Source: Schizochytrium sp. TIO01
Taxonomy: Eukaryota > Protista > Bigyra: Labyrinthulomycetes
Assembly: GCA_004764695.1 (NCBI GenBank)
Contig: SMSO01000032.1
Location: 8,526,483 to 8,590,482, forward strand
Reading direction: 5' to 3'
Length of the DNA: 64,000 bases
Part shown: positions 12,648-27,600 of the stretch, piece after piece
How the letters are laid out: each line of letters opens with the position of its first letter
Position numbering within the stretch: the first letter of the stretch is position 1
Notes under the pieces: model-generated
What the model saw: only the letters and a program-made list of their open reading frames with translations
Told to the model about the DNA's origin: nothing
The model's database searches: none
Program-made: the position numbers and the translations under genes

Positions 12648-15600
12648 GTTTTTGTATCTACTTTTTTTCCTCTTTTTTTTTTTTTTTTTAAATGAGTAAA
12701 GTACCTAATTATCAGAGTGACGGAAACTTCATGAGTGAGACGTCGTATCAAAAACACCTATGTAGATATTCGCTGCGCAGAATAATCAACTGTGAGTTTA
12801 CGATTGTTGAGTCAGGCATAATTTTGTTGTAACAAAGGCGACGTCTCTAGAACGCGTCAAAGGAAGAGCAGCATCGCGAATTCGCGGGGGGCCCAAACGA
12901 ACCTTTACCCTTCGTCATAGTTCCATCCACTACTTCTTATGGCACATTGCGGTTCTTTATATAATGAGGTATCTATATTCAAAGATCACTCTTTGAAAGC
13001 GAAGTTAGTTTCCTGAATGAATCCTACTCCAAGTACAATAAGTAAATGCTACGAAAAAGGTGGAGCTACTAGCTTCGTTTCGAAGCAGGAAACAGAAAAC
13101 CTATGGTTGCTAGAGGACAACAAACACATGATTTTAGACACCAGGTATGCGAGGTTGGTGTTTCTGAAATGGTATTTTGTTAACTCGAAAGTTCACTACT
13201 CGTCGAGTTTGTTTCCTACTTGTTGCGTATGTTTTAGGTAATTGAAGCCAACAGAAAGAACCTTCGACGTCCGAGAAATGCAATTCCTTGAAATATACAT
13301 CGATAAACTTTATAAGATAAGAACCAATCACTCGAAGGTACGTCTAAAATTTCAAATTTCAATACATCAGGATAACAATCTGGACATTTCGCGACCTCTG
13401 TCGGAGAAAAGAACTGTTTTCTAATTCAATGACTTTAGGAGATCTGCTCAAAATGATGTTCCATCTGTTTATATTTAGAGAAGATCTCAATTTATGGTGA
13501 AATAGTATACTGAGAATAGATTGAATATTATTCTGATATCTTGTACCATGAAGTCACCGATACGCTGATTGACACAATAGACACCTCTTCAGACAGAACA
13601 GAAAAAGGAACAATCATACATCTTTCTTTGGGATTTCAGAAAATCATGTGTGGCTAAACTCAGCAGGAGTCTATGGCATTTGACTCCTGACTTTGACAAA
13701 AGTTGATTTCTCCAGGTTTTCTTTACGTTTATCCTGATGGAAGTGTTGCAGATCAAGAACAAAGCCTTCTGTTTTGCGACATTTCCAATACAAATATGTT
13801 CTGCATCAACGCCATGAAGCTTTAGTAGACTCTACTTTATGGTAAACATATACAAATTGGCTGATACCGAAAAGACGACCATGAGGAAATAATTGTTTCC
13901 TCTGTTTGTTGCTGATGAACATAAAAACAAATTTTTACTATGAGTAGTAATATACATTCGCTTCTCCCAGGTCCTGGATTTTATTCAGGTCAGAATCTTA
14001 GTATCATAGTGTAGCATACCTTCAAAAAAATCATGCAAGGTATTTACATGCAAAATATTAAAATTTAGTAGGAAAGATCTTCGTAGTACTACTACTTGGT
14101 AGGAAAAAGGTACCATTTTTCGTTCCATGAGTCATGGTAGTCAATCGCCCACTTCGTTGTTTCCCAGAACCTACTAGCACAGTAGTTTGCTCGAGCGGCC
14201 CTTCGGTGACATGAACCTTTGAAGCCAGTCAATGTATTTGCGGACATCATCAAAACGTAGAACTTCAACCTTTTCCTTTACTCTGGCATTATGATAGGTA
14301 GTAACTTAGTGGTGTGACGCGTGGAAACGGACCAGTCTTGCAGAGTGTGGTGCCGCTGACGATTTATTTAATTTCGCCAGCATGCAAACCAAAATGCCAA
14401 CAATTCCAGCCATCATCTATCTATGTAAAGTCCAAGTCGTCCTGATAGTGATACGTAACGCAGATGTAAGCAGCTCTAGTTACGAAGAGGCGGACACGAA
14501 ATCTTAAGTTTGATTGTTAAAGTTTTCTAGCCTGGAGTTTTCCTGGTGAGAGATTGCAAAAAAGAAACAAAAGGTGCTTTATTATTTTTATTATTTTATT
14601 ATTTTATAAATTAATTAATGAAAAGAAAAGGGACCCGCGAAAGTTACTAGTAATAAACTACGTAGGTACTAGGTGCCTTGTCCTAGTATGACCAAACTTG
14701 TCATCGCTCGTAATTTACCGTGTAGGACAAGAAACATTAGGTGGGCAGTGAGGTCCGTGGATAGAGAGTGTGCTAAGTTCGTGTTTCAGACGTAGCTTCG
14801 TGGGTTTAAGGAGTCAAAATCGCGCCCTTCACGATTTCGCTAGGATTAGTTTATATTAAAGAAGACTATATGCAGAGTTTTGGTAGACACAACTTAGGGC
14901 AGGGGAAGCAGCTGGAGCAAATACCTGGAACGCGCTATGGCCTTGTAGGCTAACAGTTTAGCTTCTGCCCCCAAAACCAGTTGGACTAACTTATGCCTGT
15001 AGATGAGCCTAATGACAGTACACTCGTAAGTTTACCTTGCTATTATTCTATCGCATGCAGCAATGTTTTAATTACTTAAGGATAACTATAGAAAGCTGAG
15101 CAAGCATGTTTAGTTTGGAAAATAAAAGCGAGAGCCTGCTAGCAGCATATTTTCTACTACGAACTATATGAAACACTTCGAAAAAACCCTTGGATTGTTT
15201 GCAAATGCGGTAATACTGTTTTGATTGAGACGTCTCCGTATCCAATGTGTTGCCAACGAACTAAACTTTTTTCAGGGCTCCGGTCAAGTCGTATCTTCAA
15301 AAAGCGTATCTACCCTGAAACATCGCTCCTGCTTTAGTTTAGCTTCAGTTTTGGCTGGCCTTTCGAAGCGACGAAGAACGCCATCAGAGTCTTGTCGCCA
15401 CTTTCTTAAAGGTAATCTACGAGACGAATGATTTTCATGCAAACAAGCCGAAAGTCAGATCATAATAGTCTTAGGGTTTTCGAGCGGCGACAGATCTTTG
15501 CGACTACCAGCCAGTGCTAAGGAGATGTATTGCTAAGTAAAAGAAAAACCAAAAAAAGAAGCTACAAGGTCAAAGTCTTTATATGAAGATAGTTTCAGGA

Positions 15601-18600
15601 GTTCTCAGTCTTAAAGAGCTAGTATTGCTAAACACTGGTTTGACTTTTCAGTTTTGGACGAGTACTGATTTATGGTGGCAACTTCTAACATTTTAGATAG
15701 CTTTAGCGTAGAATACCTACTACGTAGATAGGAGGTTAATAATCATCGTCAGGCAAGCTAGATTGCTAGTTTATTATTTTTATGAGTAGTAGTAGTAGTA
15801 GTAGTATTTAATATGTTTTAAAATTAAAACATGAAGCTTAAAGTTAATTACAAATACTTAGAAGGGCTGACGAAAAGGCTAAAAGCACTTTCTTTTAAAA
15901 CATACATGGCTTCCGAAATCATAAATAATTATAAGAAGAAACGGGAAACAAACAGATCAAGCGTTGCTTCAAATGAAGAATTCTTATGAACGTCCTCAAA
16001 TTGACACGCATTAGCACCTTAACTGCATACCTGTCATAGTTGGTTAGTATTACTGTAACCAGAGACTTCTTGTCTTAAACTCGGTATCTTTAAGTATTAT
16101 TGTTTTTCAATAATAAAAGTGAATGAAAGACTAATTTAAAGTATAGTGCAGGGACAAATAAAAGAAAATTTGCTTGAATTACCTGGCGTTCTGTGAGATT
16201 TTTTCCCGTCCAGGCAAGGCATGAAGACTTGGCATAAGCGTGGTGAGGTGATTATTACTAAATAAATGCGTAGGCGGGAGAGTCCGCCTCGCTAGTGCTT
16301 GCGAGCCATAGCTTTAGCTTACATTACGACTTGCAATCCATGATGCTCACTGCTATATAGGAGTTTTTATTCACAGCTGCAATACCACAGTACTTTTAAT
16401 GATAGTAACTCAATTTAAAATGTCAATATTGCTTGCAACTAAGCGACAATAAATTAATTCAGCAGATGTCAATGACTAGGAAGCTGGTCAAACGATCATA
16501 TTCCACAATAGACAGCCCAGGTTATAACGCGCACATTCATCAGCATCACTACTCTATAGTACATCGTTTCCCTATTTTACAAAAAAGTAATTATATTCAG
16601 GAAAAATGCGGTGCTTATCTCATCAACCTAAGGAAATAGTTTGATGTTAGTGTTCTTCCAAGAAAAACAAACAAAAAAACAATACTTTTAAAATTAGAAA
16701 TGATGGTCCGTATATTTGAACAACTGTTCCCCAAGGAAGTTGAGTTACATGTATTTTGACAATCAACAAGTGCAAAGACAATCGGAGAGAGTGGGTTCTC
16801 CAAAGACTCATGGTGCCTCGTCGTCCTATTTTTTCAGCCATTTCTCTTTCAAGTTTAGGGAGAGTCTCCCATCCCATCGATAGTTTGAAAATAAAATTTA
16901 TCTGGGCAGCACACTAATGATATCCTAGAGGATACATAATATATGTTGGAAACTATGGAAGAATGTTTAGGTCACACTCCACACTCTTTTGCTCACACTC
17001 TTTTCTTCTTTCATTTCATTGCCGACATTTTAAATGAATTAAAAGTCCTACGGTAGCTGCGGGAATACACTAACACCCCTGGTTCGTGTAAGAGCCGTTC
17101 CAGAGGCACGTGGAACCAAGGTGCTATGAACCCTATTATAATATTGCATAGGATTTTTAGTGTGGGAGGAGTTAGTTGCATGCTTTAGTATTCTTAAACA
17201 TAAGAGCTTAAAGGATGTTATAGATTATAATATTTTTTACCTTTACTTGTTTATTAGAAAGAATAAGATAACTTTTTCCATTTTTAAAAATTATGGTTTT
17301 ATACTAGCCATAATTAGCAGGTAAGTTGTGTATTTCCGAAATACAATAGTGAAAAAAAAAAAGAAAAAAAGATTTAACCACTCTTGCGGTATAAGTGAGA
17401 ATGAGTAAAAAACGAACGCCTGATTAATTGAGAGTGTTTTTCCCGCAATTTATTCCTTTTCTTTAATTTATGGAAAACTCTTTTCGAAAAGTAGTTGATG
17501 AGGAAAATTATGAGATGGTATATGGACCTTTCTAGTAATTTTTAATGACTTTGACATACGCTAATGACTAGCAACTCATAGATAGGGTCAGATCTAGGGC
17601 ACTGTGCCTTTATGCGGTTGTTAATGCAATATCGCTTTCTAGACCTAAGTTCACCATAAATAAATATAAGCCTAACCAACTTGTTTCGGTTGTTGATCAA
17701 GAAGTTAGACGATGTCTCCAGCGTTGTATACCTAGAGGTACTTTGCCAGGACGCATTTCCCCTTAGGACGAAACGCAGTCGCTTTTGCTAGCTGTGGCAG
17801 CCTGCTTAGTGAATATGTTCAAGTTAGGAGTAAGAAAGGCCAAAAGGACTACTATGGATTAGTGTCCTTACTATGATTCATATACCAACTTAGTATGATA
17901 CCTGCTGACTCGAACAATTTGTTTGCCACAAATTGATGAGGTTAATAATAGTACATTGCCCTAGTATGGAGATTGGCTAGCAGCCATTCAGGCGCGGTTG
18001 CGATATTCCTAGCGGTCTCAACGAATGGGAAGATCTTGCAGCTTGTACAAAGCATGCTAGAGGTACACGAAAGAAGGGATCTCACACCCGTTATCTCACC
18101 TTATACGTTTTAACATCTCCTTGCTGGCCAGTCTGTGACATCGCAAGACGATTGCTAATTTGCGTAAGGAAGCTAGTTCGAACGCCTTGGAGGCGAGAAG
18201 ATGTCGAGACAGCAACTATCAAGGCGACATCGAAACTTATATGCGACGATCTGATTGGTTCTCTATGCGTTCGAGCCTTTACTGTAGGCATCAGCAAGAA
18301 ATGCGAGCGCAGGCAGTTCGAATAGCTCCAGAGATGTTGACGTCATTTTTTAGAATGTTTACTTACATTTACTTATTTTCTAGTTTCTGTTACCACCTAT
18401 CGACACTTAGAGCCAGGTATTTTGGCGCAAATAAACCGGCCGGGGCGACTCGGTAGACAGCAGCCTCTTCCGTGTTTCCTTCTGTATAGCGGCGACGGTT
18501 CTTCTCAAAGTCTTCGGGCTTGCTTTGAAATTTTTGAGTAGCCAGGTTCAATTTATAAATCTGTTTCGCTTACCTGCTCAGAACTGCTTTCGCCGCATGC

Positions 18601-21600
18601 CTTCCGTTCTGCGCTAGCTCTACTAAACTCAAGGTTAGTAAACTTATCATGATATGCCAACTCACATTGTTCAACTCTTGACTCTACAAAGATTTATTGG
18701 AACTTAGACTTGTCGTCTCGACAGTGTTGCTTGGGACTTTATTGCACTGTTTGATTGAAAATCTTTGGCCTTTTCCTTGCTCTATGGAAACATCACGACG
18801 AAGAACACTCTGGGTTATACCTTTGAAGAGGTACCGATCTTTGAATGAAGGTATGGACAATCTGTTTATTGATATTAAACGTGTCGCATGGTTCTGCTTG
18901 TTGAGTACGAGCATAACTTAATTGAGCAACGAAAGGCAATAGTTCCGAAACCTAAACCTTTGGGCCTGTGCAATTTCTCGCATTTTATTATTTGTTATAG
19001 AAAAAATATATATTCTTATTTATTTCTCAAATTACTCAACTCTTCGATTGTGTCCTATAAATAATTTTAATTAAGATCCGTACGGTATGAAAGAGTCCTT
19101 TTTAAATTTTACATTAAACAATATGATATTTCATCAGACCGGAAGCAAAGGCCTCTCCCCCATTCGCTTCCCACAGCGGAAGCAGGTGGCCCGATCCCTA
19201 CACTCTATTAATGATAAACTAAAAAATAGCCTTTTCAGTAAGTGATTTTTAAAATATAAATTTTCAAGTTAAAGGCTTATTTTAGTAAGAAAAAAAAAAC
19301 ATATAATACGAATCCTATTTGTACAAATTAAATCATCATATAAAAATGAATGAAGAATAATAGAGCGTTTTAAAAAGAAAGGAGAAGAGAAGCATCAATT
19401 TCCACAAATGTCAGGGTAGGTACTTTCAAATAGAAAAAATGCAGAAACATGAAATTTTAAAAATACTTTGTTGAATAAGACTGAGTATGAGTAGGGGTGG
19501 CAGGATTCCAATTTGAGGCAGGCATGCAATTTGTACGATGATACGATTCGGAATTGTCGGAGTTTCTCCGAGGCTTTGCCACGAAATAAGTACGGTATAA
19601 GAACAAGGTTTACTTTTGAATGCGCCAAATTCAATTCATTGGCAACAAAAGCTTAAGTGCTAAACTTGAATAAAAAATTTGGTATATCCAGGTCTAAAAA
19701 CTTATCTGTATTGTTGCATAGTATAGATGACTTATTTAGTGGATTTTTTATTTATATACAGTTCTATATTTGTGGCTCAGCTTGCTTTGTAGGGAGGCTC
19801 ATACTAGGCTTACATATGTTTATCCTCGTTTTTAGAAAGCCAATTCTTCTTGGACTGAAAGAAGTTGAATGTCCCGTTATCAAGTTCAACGTTGTAACAA
19901 CGGCTTAGGCCAAACTTCTGATTTTAAACCATTGTAGAGAACAAATTACGATAGCTTATAGATGACGATTCGAAAAGAGCTAATTTCTTCCTGAGTGAAA
20001 AGGGAAAACATCTGCTAATATGACTGATTTGCTTTTAGTAGAATAGTATCTGCCATTGAAAGTCACAATTTGAGTCAACTCTGGTCTATCTTCATATAAT
20101 ATTACAAGATTGAGATTTCTGAAGCTGAGTAAATTCCTTTATACAATTGAAAATAATCCACGACTCGAAGGATAAGAGGCAATACCGGCTACATAATTGT
20201 GGCATATCTTTGCTTGAAAACCAAACCAAACCAATCCAAACCATGGAAGCAATTTTTGTCTTTCAAGTCTTTCATAAGAATTTCCATTTTAACCATTCAT
20301 AATAGAACGGTTAAAACGTTTAATGGTTAGTTCGCTCCTTTCATTTGGAACAAGCGGAGAGTGAATTCCATGAATTGAGTAGAGCTATCGAAAGTGAGCA
20401 AGACCTATTACTCTCAGAGATAACAATTTATGTAAAACAATGAGGCATACAAGTATTTGAACCTTTGGTCTTTTAATTTAAACTACTCACATTGTTCATA
20501 TTTTGTTAGAGAGGAACTAGACACCTCTTACTCATTCACACACGAAATGAAAAGTTGAGTGGAAGGAAAATATTTTCTCGTACGAATCAGCTTGAAATTA
20601 CTAGAATGAGGCCTGTTGTTTTCTTCCTAATCAGAAATCTTACGAGTGTCGCCAGGCTCCTCTGTGACATTTTTTTAAAATAAATAGGCTAGGAGGTACA
20701 ACTATTCTTTTAGAAATACCTTAATTTTCCAATAGTAAATAGTGTAAGTTTCTGTCCTTTAAAAAATATACATGACTGTTAGTGGTGAGCGTTAAAAGAA
20801 AAAAAATATTGAAAAGAGTTTAAATGGTCGATCGTCGATGTCGACAGTAAAGATCTTCTTCTACGGCTAGGTTTTCAAGAAAGAAGAAGCATGACAAACA
20901 AAAACCTGGAAAATGAGGGGCATTTTCTACTCTGCGCATCAGGCCGCACGTGGGGTGACTTGAAACTGATTGCTATGTAAGAAAGCTCAACACGAAGGGG
21001 ATATCTTGAATGCTAAGCCGCCTAGTACTTACAGAGCCTAATTAGAAACAGCTTGAGCTACGAAACTTGTCTCAAACGTTACAAGAAGTGAGATGGCTAT
21101 TTGTTGTTGTACTACAATGATGGCGAGCTGCTGGCAGCACATCCAGGCACTAAGTTTTTCGGAATTTTGGCTAGTTTTATGTAGACCAAGGTGAGTCCAA
21201 ATATTACCCTTAATAACAGACCGACTGCTCAAAGAGCCGCGCCGCAACATCGATTCGGAATGGGGTCCGTATCGGCTTTCCTAAAGTAAGAAGAGTCAAC
21301 AATGCACGTTCTGAGTGCTTAGAGAGATTGCACGATACGGGAGACAGCCACAGTTCTACTCACGTTTCCATCATCAAATGTCTTTCTTGAGTTCTCAGTG
21401 TGTGTATAGGCGTTGAAGAGCAGTGAGGCTGTAAGATTCGTAAGGTTAACTTCATCAACAATTGATCGAATTTAGCTTTAAATTCCTTGTTTTCTGTCCA
21501 AAAGTAGGTTTCTCTGCTCCACTTTACTTGAGCGTAACTTGAAATACGTAACATCTCGAGAAGAAGTGGCTCATGATCTAACTAGCAGGAGGCTCCTGTC

Positions 21601-24600
21601 CTCTTTGAGTCCTGATCCGTAGCCTTTTTGGCATTTGCTCGAAGCTTTGAGATGATTTGCGGTCCCACGCTGCCAGCCACCAGTGTGATACGATGCAATC
21701 ATAACGAGCGGTCCCAAAGTGGAAAGCACGCACGGTAGCAAGCCATCATCGCTGGACCACCTCCACACCGCCTAATACACTTCACTTATTGTTAAAGCAT
21801 AATAGTTAAAGCTCAAGTACTTAATGCAAAAGCCTGTGGCAGTGAAAAGGGCAAACCAGCCAGAAGCAATTGTCCAGGTACAAAGGAAAGAGTATATATT
21901 CATCCCAAAGCCAAGAAATGAGTTATAGAACAAACCGCTTCGCTCCTTTTTCTCCCGAAAATGTGTTACACTCAAACTATCATCTTTCAGGCAGAGGTAC
22001 CTACTTGAAAATCATCCTTTTCTTCTCCTTTATCGTTCTTCAACTTATCTATTTCTCTTGTTATTGACGGTTTTCAGACGCTGCACGGACTGGACAAGTG
22101 CTAATTAGTCTGAGGGCTAGCCAAAAGAGTTCATTGCATGTCAAAGGAGCGTTCGCGACAGAAAGAAGGAGATCCTGCCGGCTAGAGCATGCGTTAAAAT
22201 CACTTTTTGTTTCTCTTCTTTTGTTTGGAGACCATGGTACATAGTGCTGCTTTGAAGGATTATTTTTGCCTGTTAACAGACTTTAACTTATTACCTATTA
22301 AGAGTGAGAATGTATACTTTTAAAATAGTTTTTTAAAGAGTCCTAAGCTATATATTTACTATGGTATATTATCTAATATATTTATTTTAAAGAAAGGACT
22401 TCTTACTAATTAGTAGGTTTGTTCTTCTTCTTATCCCCTTTAACTGGAGTAATGTTTCCATGAGCAAACAGATTATTGATTTCTAAATGAACTCTTCGGT
22501 AGCTTTCTTTACTTTTAGAGCCACTGAGTGAAAGTTTTGTTCATAACACAATTGTGACTCTCTAGAGGCAACCAACCCCATACTCAGAGAAAATCGTATC
22601 TGAAGATTATTGCAGAAATATTTGAACAAGAAGATCACGGACATTTTTTTCGAGATGTTCGAGTTGACATCAAACTATTACTTTTAAATTAAAAACTGAG
22701 CGGCCATATTAGAGCATGTCTACTGTTCTTGCCATAATACCGGTGCTTAGTAAAGTACACTGAGATTAAACTTTTCAACGATAAGATCCATATGGAAGAT
22801 TAAAGATTTTACAAACCAATGGTGGTCAAACAAAAGGGGATAACTTTATATTCGATATCCTTTTATGTTCATTTTACACGCAGAGGAACATCCTCTTATG
22901 AGTTAGCTTTCATAGTGTTGGGGACTTGGTTAGGTATGTAAAATACCTAAGTGCTGGAAAGACCCGTAGAGTTAGGGTATCGAACGAGCAGTGATGGCCC
23001 TTCAAGTAGGGTAGAACACCAGCTTCAAGTTCACATGTCATAATGTAGTAGACCCGGAAAGATTGATTATATGAGTTGATGCTTCTCAACCTACAGCACG
23101 CGATCAAGAACTAATTCTAAGTAATGTTAGTTTCACGATTTTTTTTTATTTTATTTTATTTTATTTTATTTTAACATTATTCTTAGTTTATTTCATATGA
23201 TAAACGAAAGTAAATATTAGTCTAGAAAGCGTGCTTCTCCACCTACCGGGAAAGCAGAAGGAAACAAAGTACTTCCTGGCTTGTTTGTTATTGCCCGAAA
23301 GCACACACTTATGTGTATCTTTCGTGGAGCATTGGCGGCTGCAGCTGATGTTTTCGTTCGATGTTATTCTCCCTATTAGCTTTTCTTTTCTTTTTCGCTG
23401 TTAATGAAAGGTGCTTCACCTCTTCTCATTCGATAGCCAGATAAGGAATAATCTAGAGAAGAATAAAGTACTCATTTGACCATCAATCCTGAAAGTTGGC
23501 GAGATCGGTCATTACCTTCCCACGAAAGAACCCGGAGAATTAGAAAAATTCGGTGGAGGATAAAATGAATCGCATCGTAAATCTGTGCGTTTCAGAGTAC
23601 AGTATAGATTTTGATAGAAAAGGTTAATCTCGTGGAGACAATCTCAACAATGCCAAGTAGGGACGATACAAACAAAAAAAATGATTTTCTTGTAGTCAGA
23701 GGGCACAACTCAGCAGCGACAACATGATTGCAAATAGTTCTATCGGAGTTCAATCCGTACAACTTAAGATGAAATGAGTGCCTTTTTCCCCTGAGCCGAA
23801 CCTGGCTGTTCTATAGCCAACAATTGCTGTGCAACTTCAGTAACTGAAAGCGAAGAAGCTACGCTCTTCAGTTTAGGTATTGACAAAATTTCACGTTGCA
23901 CCTGATTGTGTGTATCAAATAAGCTAATAGTTCTATCAGAATCATAGCCACGCTCAACGTTCTCGTACTTTGCAATCTTAAGAGATACTCAATGCTGAAA
24001 GCGCATAGCGGATGAGCTCTCTGCCTTGAAACTAACTATGGCATTAATTGCTTCCTCAGGCAGGCTATACAGGCAAGCACTCTTGGTTCTATTTCCAGCT
24101 GAGCCGCGAGTTCATGAGGGACGAATCAGAAATATATGCCAAGTGAGAAAGACTCGTACTACCAAGCATTTCTTTCATCTGCTTGGAAATACCCCTTTCC
24201 ATGCTTTTGTTATTACCCACTTTAATTACAGGTAGTAGTAAGATTCTATTTCTCACTACTATTTGATTGTAATCATTGATATTTTTTCAGATTATAAGAT
24301 AAAACAAAATAAAAAAAACTGGTAAGTGAAAATGGAAAAAGTAAAGGGAGCTATATACCAAATGATTAAAAGAGCTAGTTTCGTAATCTGCGCGAATCGG
24401 TCTTCCTTCAGCCTCGCCTCAGGGCTCAGGAGTGGTGGCATGGGGCTGTGACGTCGGTGCAGATAGCGCAGAACCTACAATAACGGCAGTAATGAGAGTT
24501 GGTTTACCTCATCACGCCGTCGCAAAGATTTCTTACTCCTGATGGTACTCTATTTTCTATTTTACAACACGTCAACACGTCATGCGAAGTATAGATTGCT

Positions 24601-27600
24601 ATATAAAGATGGATGACTATTCCGATCCCACAAAGTCGTTGCATTGAAAGAAAGACGATGGCTCATTTAGTTGCTTTGGTTTCTGGGTTTTCAACTGTTG
24701 GCTTTTTTACCAAAGAACCAAATCTTCATATTGTTGGTTAGCCGGGTCGCTCGTTCTGTTTGCCTGCTTCTCCTATTGGTGTTCATCCTCCGACTTCTAA
24801 GGCTAATTTTGTCCAAACCACGAGCGAAGCAATGGTCAGCCCCGGGCTTGGGCGCTCGATCCCGATGAAAACAACGTCGAATGAACCAGCTGCGCAATCA
24901 TGCCTGATTAGCATCAGTGGTTTATTGAGTAGAAAAAAGCCTTCAATCTCACGATGAATCATTAACGACTTGTATTTTTCTTATCAATTTTTTTTTTTTG
25001 AGTATTGGCGTTTTGGGTGGTCCAGGCATATCAGAAAAGATCGAAGTTACCCAACCGTGGTATCATAGATCATAGATCAACAACAAACCCTGAGGACCCG
25101 GACCAATCGCTGGAGTTGGCGAACCGGCCAGCCTTGAGGTCGACCCGTCGGTATCGGCCAGAGGTATGGATGCTAAACGATAATGCAAGCAAAATACTTT
25201 CTGCTCCCCTACCAGGGCTACTGAGGTTCATGATGAGAAGATTATGAATTCGGAATATCATTTCTCAATTATTCTTCCTCTAAACAGGTTTTTGTATGTG
25301 TGTAATATACTCTTTGTCTTTCTTTTCTTGCGTTTTATACTGGGAAAAGGAAAAAGAAAAAGAAAAAGAATCGATTACTGTAAAGGAGTTCCGGAATGCG
25401 AAATGTAGGGGAAGGAGATTGCTGGTTATGCAAGTATTTCTGAAGCGCTTTTCTTCGGACAAGGGGCTCCTGCAACTGATCTTGGACTAATAATGAATCT
25501 TGAACCTTCTGGATTCGTTTCGTCCTACCAAATTACGTCATTTTAGGTAGGTAAGTATATACTTTTTATAAAGTTTTGAAGGACAGTGGGCACTAACGAG
25601 ATAATACATTGTACCTTAATACAGGAGTAGACCGAAAGCCTCGAACGGATGCGGAGAAGAAAATCTGTGCACTGCGTGGGACGGCATCATTGCCAGTAGT
25701 GCGTTTTGTCAGCCGCCTTTTTTTTCATGAATGTATATGTCTTCTTACCACAAGTAGTTGTTAAAAAGTATTTTGAGGAAACGACAAGGCATATATATTT
25801 CAATGAAACGAAATTTGGATTTGCGTTGTGAATGTCCCTTCTAATTAGACTAATTAGACATAGCCTTTGTGTACATTTGTCAAACCTCAATTACCCCAAA
25901 CATTTGAGACAAACGAAATAGGTTAACCTAGAATGCTTGCGTAATTTTTTTACGACTGTAAATGGTTTAATTGCTATCTAGACAAGGGAGCGGAGCCTAT
26001 CGATAATTCGGCCTCCGCTTAAACAAAGAATGAGCTGCCCTTATACTTGCTGCATTTAATTCACGGTATGCATCTCTCCAACTCTATATACTTGTAGGAG
26101 TGAAAGAGAAGCTGATTGCTCCAGCTGCTAATGGGATATATATATATCACTACTCTTGGTCTTAGTAGTACTAGAGTTAGTATTCTCTAATTATCTAATA
26201 TGATACTGTCTGATGCTTTTTTCTTCTTACTTCTTTTTGAATTTAAAATCTTCACAAAGAGAGCAGACAATACGCCAGAAGTTGAAAACAAACACAGCAT
26301 TGATTGACGAACTTCCCTTGATTGCTTTGTTTTCTAAAGATGAAAGTTTGTCGGGATACACTCAAAAGATTCATTTGATTTGTCGGACCCTACGAAGAGT
26401 TTACAAAGATTAAAACACTTTGCATGGGCATACTGAGTACCTATGAATTTGTTGTCTTTTTTATCTGCTCTGCCATTATGTTCCTCTGCAAAAAGTGGCG
26501 TGTGCTCCGCTGCTTGAACGAGGCTGCTTATGTGCTTTTAAACTATTAGCCTTTCTGGTTAAACTGTTGGTACCGTGAATGGACTGGGCGGAGAATGCAA
26601 ACAGCAGCAGTTGCTTGTCGAGCCTGGCTCGAGGGTGCATGGCTGCTAGCTTCAGCAGGTTTCGTGAATCACCGTGATGGTGACCTAGGGACCATCTTAT
26701 CTCGCACACGCTCAGAATATCATGAGCCTGACTGGCTGCTGGAGGTGGGGGAGGGTGAAGTTAAACCCCCAGATGCTCGGAGGTCACCTTTATTGGTGGC
26801 GGCCAAAGAAGACTGTGACTACTATACACTTTGCAATTCTCGCTAGTTCGCCACTTCTTCTGGGCCTTGACGAGACTAGGCAGATCAGGTGAAGAAGACA
26901 AGTTGTCTTAATTGCCCATTGTTTGTGATCATCACACGCTGCGCCATAAACTACCCACTTTCATCTTCAACTAGTTTCGACTGGATGCTGCGAAGCACGT
27001 GGCATCATCGTTACCTTAGCTGGGCACCCTGGGCATGGCTGAAGAGTACAACTGTTCTTGTGAGTGAACTGGAATTGAGGCTTCACCCATTGGAAAACTA
27101 GAAAACTAGTGCGAAGCAGCATAAAAGCGAGCGTGTGCCAGGTTTTCATGGAAACCTCGTTTTTCTAGCTGTAAGCTTTCGCGCCAGTATAAGTTCCTTC
27201 TAGCAAACTTTCTTTCTAACTGTTCCGCTAGCATCATGTAGGATTGGGGTGATAAATCATACTTGTTTTCAGATGGTCTGATGAAGCTGTGGCTACGACA
27301 GGTCTGGGCGCAAGGGAGCTCCGTAGTGACAGTAGCGGGACTAAATAATCGATTTCAGCTTGTGATGCGGATGTAGCTCCAAAGAGGCAAATCCAGCTTA
27401 TATATATCATCGAGTACTGAAAAGGCGAGCTTTTCGTGTTTTTTGATGGGCTTCAGTAGGAAAAACTACTGTTATTGCGTAAGTAATGAAACTAAAATCA
27501 TTTTGAAAGGATATTCTAAAAGTAAAATTAAAGGGTAGTATTCGGAGTAGGAGCACATAATCTTGGTAGCAGATGTTTTTTTGTGGAATTTAAATAAGTT

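Noticed and set aside
27278-27330. CTGATGA hammerhead-like core
   Set aside because: No stem II followed by GAAA and no supporting helices.
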